Positions 6,387-12,253 of a stretch of 12,253 bases of DNA are shown here, piece after piece. The DNA is taken from contig JAHQXB010000039.1 of assembly GCA_029856435.1 (NCBI GenBank), positions 1 through 12,253 of the forward strand. Reading direction: 5' to 3'. The DNA is from Candidatus Jordarchaeia archaeon (GTDB lineage Archaea > Asgardarchaeota > Jordiarchaeia > Jordiarchaeales > Jordiarchaeaceae). The notes under the pieces are model-generated. The model did not search any database. It had not been told where the DNA came from and worked only from the letters and a program-made list of their open reading frames with translations. Both the position numbers and the translations under genes were made by a program. How positions within the stretch are numbered: the stretch's first letter is position 1; every line of letters starts with the position of its first letter.

Positions 6387-8903
6387 TTGCCAAAATTCAG
6401 GAGACGCTGGGGGAAAGGTAGAGCTGAGGCTTGGGGTCTTCATCGAGCTAAACTTTTTTCCAAGAATCGAGTTCAAGAAGGCGAAGATAAACCCATAAAA
6501 ATATATTTAGCGGGTAACCCTAACGTTGGGAAATCCGTGATTTTCAACAAGCTTACGGGCCTTAATGCTATTGTTTCCAATTATCCGGGAACCACAGTGG
6601 AGATAATGGAGGGTACAATGGAGGTTGATGGCCACAAAGTAGTTTTTAAGGATCTTCCGGGAATCTACTCTCTGGGAGCCACCTCCAAGGATCAGGAGGT
6701 TGCCATAAGAGCCATACTTGAGGAGAAGCCTGACGTCATAATAAATGTGGTTAACGCTTTTAATCTGGAGCGCAACTTGAACCTCACCCTTCAATTATTG
6801 GAACTTAATGTTCCAATAGTTATTGCACTCAACCAAGTGGACTTTGCAGCCAGAAGAGGCATATTGGTAGACGCAAAGAAGCTTGAAGATATACTGGGTG
6901 TGCCAGTAATTCCTACAGTGGCGATTCACGGTAAAAACATTAGAAAACTATTAGAAACCGCTCTTCTGGAAGCCACAATTGAACACAAAAAAGAACACAT
7001 GTACCACCATCACGGTCTCCATCACCTGCACGAGCACTTACATGAAGTTCACCATTTTCACGAGGAAGGAAAACCATTACAATTCATAAATGAGAAAATG
7101 AATCGCAAGCAGGAAACCGAGGCTCCAAGGACCAGATTTTTTAGGGGATTTGGTAGGAGACGCAGAAGAGGAATATTAGAGAGAGCAGAAATTTCAGAAA
7201 TGGGAGAAGAAGGGCAAACCAAGCTGGAAGGTGAGTCAGAGTTAGAGGTTCCCAGAGGTGGGATGGGGCAAGGGGGGCCTCACAGGCATAGGTTTAGCGA
7301 TATTGGTTATAGTTTAGATGTGGAGCGGCTAATTAGAAGGTTGGAGGCGAGGATAACTCGTGAGATTCCCACTGAGGAGTTAGCTTCTGCGCGGGTTGTT
7401 GCTAAGTGGCTTTTGGAGGGTGACTGGAAGGCTGCGGAGTTGGCTATTAAGGGTGAGATTAGTCCTTCTTTGAGGAATTTTGTTTCTAAATTGAGGAGGG
7501 AAATTGAGTGGAGGTTTGGTGAGAAGCCTGAAACGCGTATTTCCAAGGAGAGGTACGCTCTGGCGGGAGAAATGGCCAAAAAGGCAACTGTGGAAAAGTC
7601 TGTGAAGCCTACCCTTCGAGATAGGCTGGACAGCATAACTTTATCCTATTATACGGGGATACCCTTCCTCTTTATGGTGGTTGCAGGAATATTTGCCCTA
7701 CTATTTTTTGGTGGGGGATTTTTGGAGGGCGTTATAACCTCCTTTTTCGAGGATGTAGTTACACCATTTGTGAATAATGTGCTGGGATACACCTATTTTG
7801 ACCTGTATACACAATTTCTATACGAGACCGTTAGTCCGGAGTACGCTTTGTTGCTTCAATTGTGGTTGCCCCAAGTTTATCCCTATCCTTTTTTGGTCAA
7901 AGACCTAGTTATCGATGGTGCGGTTTTAGGGATTCAGGCAGTTTTTGCCATTGCTTTTCCCTACATTTTAACTTTTTACATAGTTCTGGCACTTTTGGAG
8001 GACACAGGTTATCTTGCCCGAATAGCTTTTCTGCTTGATAACGTGATGCACAGGTTTGGTTTGCATGGAAAATCCATAATCCCCCTTCTGGCCTCACTGG
8101 GCTGCAATGTTCCGGCCCTGATGGGCACCCGCATCTTGGAGAGCAGAAAACAGCGTTTAATAGCATCCTTCCTAATAGTTTTGATTCCTTGCTCTGCTAG
8201 GACATCGGTTATACTGGGCTCCGTAGCCTACTACATTGGAATACAGTACGCCCTAACGGTTTACTCAATTATTCTGGGTGTGGTTGTGAGTTCCGGGCTT
8301 ATTCTTTCAAGAATTCTGCCCGGAACATCTCAGGGCCTGGTGATGGAGATGCCCCCCTACCAGGTTCCCTCTTTGGGCGCTGTTTTCCAAAAAACTTGGA
8401 TTCGACTCAGAGAATTTATATACCTCGCCCTGCCGCTAATAATTGTGGGGAGCGTAGCTTTGGGTGCTTTATCCTTCCTTGGATTTTTGGACTCCATTAT
8501 TCAACCCATGGCACCCTTCATGGCCAACTGGTTGGGACTGCCCTCCATAACCAGCGTAACTCTATTTTACGGGTTGCTGCGCAAGGAGATGACTATACAG
8601 ACCCTCCTCGTAATTTCTCAACAAAAACTGGGAATAACAGATTTGGGTCTCATTTTGACCCCCACCCAAATGGTTGTCTATGCCGTCGTGGTTTCCCTCT
8701 ACTTCCCCTGCTTGGCAGCCTTCGTGATGCTATCCCGAGAAATGGGCCTCAAATACGCCATAACAGTTTCTCTAACCACTATTCTGCTCGCCCTCTTCTT
8801 GGGTGGAGTAATCTGGCACATTTACCTTCTACTGAACCCACTATCCCTAGACCCTGTTTGGTTGTACTTCATAAACTTTTTATCCTCAATAAGCTTGGGA
8901 TGA
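6387..8903 (+). CDS. feoB: Ferrous iron transport protein B
   Basis: G1 GNPNVGKS, G2 NYPGTTVE, G3 DLPG, G4 NQVD. Helical-domain motifs WLLEGD and ERYALA; gate/core motifs GLHGKSIIPLLASLGCNVPA, IPCSAR, MEMPPY, LLRKE and LYFPC. TTG start follows GGTGGA (6375-6380), 20 nt after the repressor stop. Confidence 0.96.
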   Translation: MPKFRRRWGKGRAEAWGLHRAKLFSKNRVQEGEDKPIKIYLAGNPNVGKSVIFNKLTGLNAIVSNYPGTTVEIMEGTMEVDGHKVVFKDLPGIYSLGATSKDQEVAIRAILEEKPDVIINVVNAFNLERNLNLTLQLLELNVPIVIALNQVDFAARRGILVDAKKLEDILGVPVIPTVAIHGKNIRKLLETALLEATIEHKKEHMYHHHGLHHLHEHLHEVHHFHEEGKPLQFINEKMNRKQETEAPRTRFFRGFGRRRRRGILERAEISEMGEEGQTKLEGESELEVPRGGMGQGGPHRHRFSDIGYSLDVERLIRRLEARITREIPTEELASARVVAKWLLEGDWKAAELAIKGEISPSLRNFVSKLRREIEWRFGEKPETRISKERYALAGEMAKKATVEKSVKPTLRDRLDSITLSYYTGIPFLFMVVAGIFALLFFGGGFLEGVITSFFEDVVTPFVNNVLGYTYFDLYTQFLYETVSPEYALLLQLWLPQVYPYPFLVKDLVIDGAVLGIQAVFAIAFPYILTFYIVLALLEDTGYLARIAFLLDNVMHRFGLHGKSIIPLLASLGCNVPALMGTRILESRKQRLIASFLIVLIPCSARTSVILGSVAYYIGIQYALTVYSIILGVVVSSGLILSRILPGTSQGLVMEMPPYQVPSLGAVFQKTWIRLREFIYLALPLIIVGSVALGALSFLGFLDSIIQPMAPFMANWLGLPSITSVTLFYGLLRKEMTIQTLLVISQQKLGITDLGLILTPTQMVVYAVVVSLYFPCLAAFVMLSREMGLKYAITVSLTTILLALFLGGVIWHIYLLLNPLSLDPVWLYFINFLSSISLG

Positions 8904-9791
8904 ACCTCTGCACCAGTTCCTGTATGCCTTTTTCTTTCTTTTCGCTCCTAATTCTGGATAGTAGAATTATGCCGACAATTATTATGGCCAGTCCCGCCAG
9001 TTAGAAAATGGAAACTTTTTCTCCTAGGAATATCTAGGCGAGAATCACTGAGAAAACAGGGTAGGGGGCAATGATGGCGGTGGCCTTGGAGAGATTGATT
9101 CTCTTATTGCCTCATACCGCGCAATCATTGAACCAGATGTACACTATGATTCCTTGGAATAAGAATAGAAGAATTATTCCAACGTCGGTTAGAAGTTGGT
9201 ATTGTCTGAAACTATAGCGAGAGTAGGAATGGGAGTATTCCACCGCAGAGTACTCCTCCGGCTGCGACGATGAATGTGTGGGTCTTTTCAAACTTTTTCC
9301 GCGCATATACGTGGCCTATTTGCCAGGGGTGTTAGAGGTATGAGGATGCCTCCCACATTTATTGAGAGGACTTCATTGTAGAGGGCTATTATGGTGCCGC
9401 TGAGTATTAGTAGAGTCACCGCTATCCGCTTTTTCCTTATCAAACTACCCAGAAGTAAAAAAGTTAATCATGGAATATGGGTTCTGTTTGAAGCAAAATG
9501 GAGGCGTTTATTCCACTGTCATAGTTGAGCCTGCGAAGAACAAAATTGAGGAGAGGAAGATTCCGAAAAATCCTATCAAAAATAAATTTCCTAGAAGCTG
9601 TCTGGGGAACAGTTTTCTTATCTCCTGAGTTTCAAAACTAGAAGCGTGAATCCCGCCCCTATAAGAGCACTTATAGACGCGGAAAAAATTAGGTTCACGA
9701 AGCCCACACCATACTTGGTAATGACTGAAAACAATCCCGCCAAAATTACTTCCAGCAAACAAAAAACTAGTTCCTTTCGTTCATCGTCTAC
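8869..9791 (-). pseudogene. Degraded EamA/DMT transporter paralog (tandem copy of 9891..10823)
   Basis: Fragments in shifting frames align with the intact copy end to end (LAGLFSVITKYGVGFVN; LFLIGFFGIFLSSILFFAGST; SGINASILLQTEP; RINLSKATAIIAP; ILA*IFLGEKVSIF*LAGLAIIIVGIILLSRI). Nonsense codons TAG (9034-9036) and TAA (9001-9003); start position reads GTA instead of ATG. Shares an exact 31-bp match (9036-9066 = 10049-10079). Confidence 0.9.
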
Positions 9792-9890
9792 CGCAGTCAC
9801 CAAGTTCACCAGGTTCTCAAAAAATGTTAGCGAGGAAAAGCGTCTCCACTATTTATCCTTTTTCAATAGCCATAAAACCATTGCATTCTA

Positions 9891-10823
9891 CTAAGGATTA
9901 CTGGTAGGCTCAACAATCCTCCCCTCTTTTCCCAAGATTCTTTTTTCCCTCCTCTCACTATGAATCCTTGAAAGAAAAATAATCCCAACCACTATCACTG
10001 CCAACCCCAACATCTGGTAGATGGAGACCGTTTCACCCAAGAAGATCCAGGCGAGAATCACTGAGAAAACAGGGTAGGGAGCAATAATGGCGGTGGCCTT
10101 AGACAGGTTTATCCTTGATATGGCTTCATACCACACCAAGGCTGAACACGCAAACGCCACAATTCCCTGAAAAACAAATATCAGCACCATCCCCGGATCA
10201 ATTAGAAGCCCAAATTCTCCGAATCCGGGAATGAAAGTCAAAAGGAGGAGCAGAAAACCCCCATAAAGGGTTCGACCCGCAGTTACGACGTAGGTACTGG
10301 TTCTCTCCAATACTTTTCTCCCGAACACATGTGATATTTGCCAGAAAAGGGGAGTTAGAAGCACCAATATGTCCCCAATGTTTATGGACAAAACTCCGTT
10401 GTAAAGAACGATTATTGCTCCACACAGAATGAGGAGGGTTACAGCAATCTGCCTTTTACGAATCAGCTCCCTCAGAAGAAAGTAGCTTAAAACTATGGAG
10501 TAAACGGGTTCCGACTGAAGCAGAATGGAAGAGTTTACCCCACTGGTCAAAGTGGAACCAAAAAAGAAGAGAAGAGAAGTGCAAAAGGTTCCAAAAAAGC
10601 CAATCAGGAAAAGGCCCAAAAAAAGCCCCCTTGAAAACAGTTCCTTCAACTCCCCCCTAAACTTTAAAACTATGAGCATAAAGCCCCCACCACAAAGCGC
10701 ACTTATCGCCGCAAAAAACACGGGATTCACGAAACCCACACCATACTTGGTAACCACCGGAAACAGCCCAGCTAGAAAAACGTCAGATAGAGCGAAGAGG
10801 AAACCCTTCCTTTCATTGTCCAT
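9891..10823 (-). CDS. EamA/DMT (drug/metabolite transporter) family permease
   Basis: 310 aa, about ten hydrophobic segments in two repeats, with EamA-typical SSILLQSEPVYSIVLSYFLLRE and ATAIIAPYPVFSVILAWIFLGE. SD GGTGA 6 nt upstream of ATG. Confidence 0.92.
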   Translation of the reverse strand: MDNERKGFLFALSDVFLAGLFPVVTKYGVGFVNPVFFAAISALCGGGFMLIVLKFRGELKELFSRGLFLGLFLIGFFGTFCTSLLFFFGSTLTSGVNSSILLQSEPVYSIVLSYFLLRELIRKRQIAVTLLILCGAIIVLYNGVLSINIGDILVLLTPLFWQISHVFGRKVLERTSTYVVTAGRTLYGGFLLLLLTFIPGFGEFGLLIDPGMVLIFVFQGIVAFACSALVWYEAISRINLSKATAIIAPYPVFSVILAWIFLGETVSIYQMLGLAVIVVGIIFLSRIHSERREKRILGKEGRIVEPTSNP

Positions 10824-10869
10824 AAAAAATCACCGAACACGTTGAAGGACACGGAAAAACTCTGTACCC

Positions 10870-10883
10870 TTATTTACTTTTCG
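10870..10883 (-). promoter_or_regulatory. Putative BRE/TATA promoter of the intact EamA gene
   Basis: Minus strand reads GAAAAG-TAAATAAG about 50 nt upstream of ATG 10823. A similar GAAAAAGG-ATAAATAG precedes the pseudogene copy (~9849-9864). Confidence 0.45.
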
Positions 10884-11195
10884 GCAAGCACCAAGATTTC
10901 TCCCCATCAATGAGAGCCATCAAAAAAGGATAGGACTTCATTCAATAGAGTATAAAATTTTCCCAGCTATTTGGATAATTGTGCGCCTCTAAGCATTTCC
11001 GGCGGCATTATACATTATTCATCTCCTTAACATACCAGCCCCCAAAAATCAAGAGCACAACGATAAAAAACTAACTCCATAAAAGAATTCCCAAAATCCA
11101 CGAAAAAAAGAATTTAAAAATCTAAAAAAAGAAAAAACCTGCAATCAAGGATAACAAAAGAAATTTCCCTCACTAAACCCTGGTAATAATCATTT

Positions 11196-11580
11196 TTAGA
11201 ATTCGGATTCCTGTTTTGTTACAATTATAGAGGGGTCCATTATTCTAATTCTACTGTCTTCTACTACAGAGATTACTCCTTTTTTTCAGTTGCTCCCATA
11301 TTTTTGGTAGCGTTAATAGCAATATTTGATTAACGAACTCTGGAGAGGTTTTTTCAGTGAGAAAATTATAGTTGAGGGACGCTTGGATTTCGTGTATGCA
11401 AATATGCTTCCAAGGTTTAGGTCTGCGGTTAGAAGAACCATATCCTTTTCAGTAGCATAACCTAATATCGTCTCCAGATTTCTCCATCTCGAGATTACTT
11501 ACCCACACTGCATCGTAGTCATTTTCTCTTCAGGAATCGACATCTTTTAGAGAAATGGACATATCAACTGGAAATTTCAT
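11196..11580 (-). pseudogene. DUF5615-family PIN-like (VapC45-type) toxin, degraded
   Basis: Manual minus-strand translation: MKFPVDMSIS..., in-frame TGA (11530-11532), RENDYDAVWVSNLEMEKSGD, then shifted frames YATEKDMVLLTADLNLGSIFAYTKSKRPSTIIF, PEFVNQILLLTLPKIWEQLKK and GVISVVEDSRIRI. At least three frameshifts plus one stop. Its ATG overlaps the upstream TGA (ATGA). Confidence 0.8.
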
Positions 11581-11802
11581 GACTTCACCGGGATTACCTT
11601 CTCTATACTGACCTAAGCAGCATATTCCAAAGGCTGCTTCCCATCACCCTCTTCGAGTTTGGGGTAGTCTTCAACTATTTCTTTAAACGTTTTTCCACTA
11701 GAAAACAAACGAACAATAAGCGCTACCGCTGATCTCAGTCCCCTAATGCGGGGTTGTCCTTCCCATCACATTAGGATCTATGGTAATCCTATCAAATTTT
11801 AT
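11577..11802 (-). pseudogene. DUF433-family antitoxin (VapB45-type), degraded
   Basis: KFDRITIDPNVMG / GQPRIRGLRSAVALIVRLFSSGKTFKEIVEDYPKLEEGDGKQPLEYAA*VSIEKVIPVKS*. One-base frameshift near 11760, internal TAG at 11613-11615, and the probable start reads ATA (11802). Confidence 0.85.
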
Positions 11803-12047
11803 ACCCTTATTTTCAAATACTAAAACCTCCTCAGACGTGTTTTTATTAGAAACAAATCTATTAAATCATCCCTTTCTCGGAACCATCCAAAATTGGAGTA
11901 CCAACCTTTTCTATGCTTTTTGAGTCATATTTTGCCAACATGCTTCTCCTTTACTGTTCTAAACAGCCTATGCGGACTGGCTATGGTTAGCCGCTGAGCC
12001 GAGCCAAGTTTACGGCATGTCTACTAGCACAGCTGCTTTAGCAATGG

Positions 12048-12253
12048 GTTCTACTCTATGTAGAAATTCATAGAATTACATAGGAGTTGGGGCTTCACAG
12101 CATCATGCGGCGGCCTCGCGAGTCCATCAGCCGCCTTCCACTCCACCCCGGTCAGGGTGAACCCGCCCCCCACCTTCACGAATCCACGCCTCCGCTTCTT
12201 CACTGACCACTTCTCCTGCGGATGTTGTCGCCAACGCCGTGAGGAGTACAGGA
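12048..12253 (-). mobile_element. Probable right end of an IS200/IS605-family element: tnpB C-terminus overlapping a structured omega-RNA-like region (truncated by window edge)
   Basis: Open frame from the edge (12251) to TAG at 12051-12053 ends ...GGGGFTLTGVEWKAADGLARPPHDAVKPQLLCNSMNFYIE, which resembles archaeal TnpB C-terminal tails as I recall them. The segment is abruptly GC-rich, with nested stems (12150-12161/12199-12208; 12109-12114/12130-12135) and a subterminal hairpin (12054-12086). No RuvC or zinc-finger motif lies inside the window. Confidence 0.5.

Noticed and set aside
5880-9004. Antisense or out-of-frame ORFs within dtxR/feoB, including the 202-aa + strand ORF 8396..9004
   Set aside because: Shadow frames; the tail of 8396..9004 is simply antisense to the EamA pseudogene C-terminus.
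9112-10845. ORFs 9112..9306, 9508..9762, 9618..9809, 9646..9894, 10198..10425 and 10525..10845 as independent genes
   Set aside because: They are fragments or off-frame reads of the EamA pseudogene, or shadows of the intact EamA.
11861-11941. 26-aa minus-strand mini-ORF MLAKYDSKSIEKVGTPILDGSEKGMI with an AAGGAG SD, faintly like a class I tRNA-synthetase N-terminus
   Set aside because: Too short, and the resemblance covers only a few residues; it cannot be supported without a search.
11950-12253. rRNA, tRNA, group II intron end or CRISPR array in the GC-rich right edge
   Set aside because: No cloverleaf, no recognisable rRNA conserved tracts, no domain V/VI motif and no regularly spaced repeats were found here or elsewhere in the window.

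Overview
Archaeal chromosomal window, judged from BRE/TATA-type promoters, GGTGA/GGAGG Shine-Dalgarno motifs, TTG starts and an archaeo-eukaryotic primase; the lineage cannot be fixed from sequence alone. Left to right: a P-type cation ATPase with Na+/K+-type (P2C-like) transmembrane signatures (+); a stand-alone PriS-like primase with an extra Cys4 cluster (-); a divergent MTH1187/thiamine-binding protein and alpha/beta hydrolase (+); an apparently autoregulated dtxR-family-feoB iron-uptake operon with two perfect-armed 18-bp operators, whose FeoB carries a ~105-aa His-rich and Arg/Gly-rich insertion (+); a tandem EamA/DMT transporter pair, one intact and one pseudogenised (-); a decayed DUF433-DUF5615(PIN) toxin-antitoxin pair (-); and, at the right edge, the probable 3' end of an IS200/IS605-type tnpB with a structured omega-RNA-like right end (-). 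All family calls come from motif recognition by eye, not database searches.
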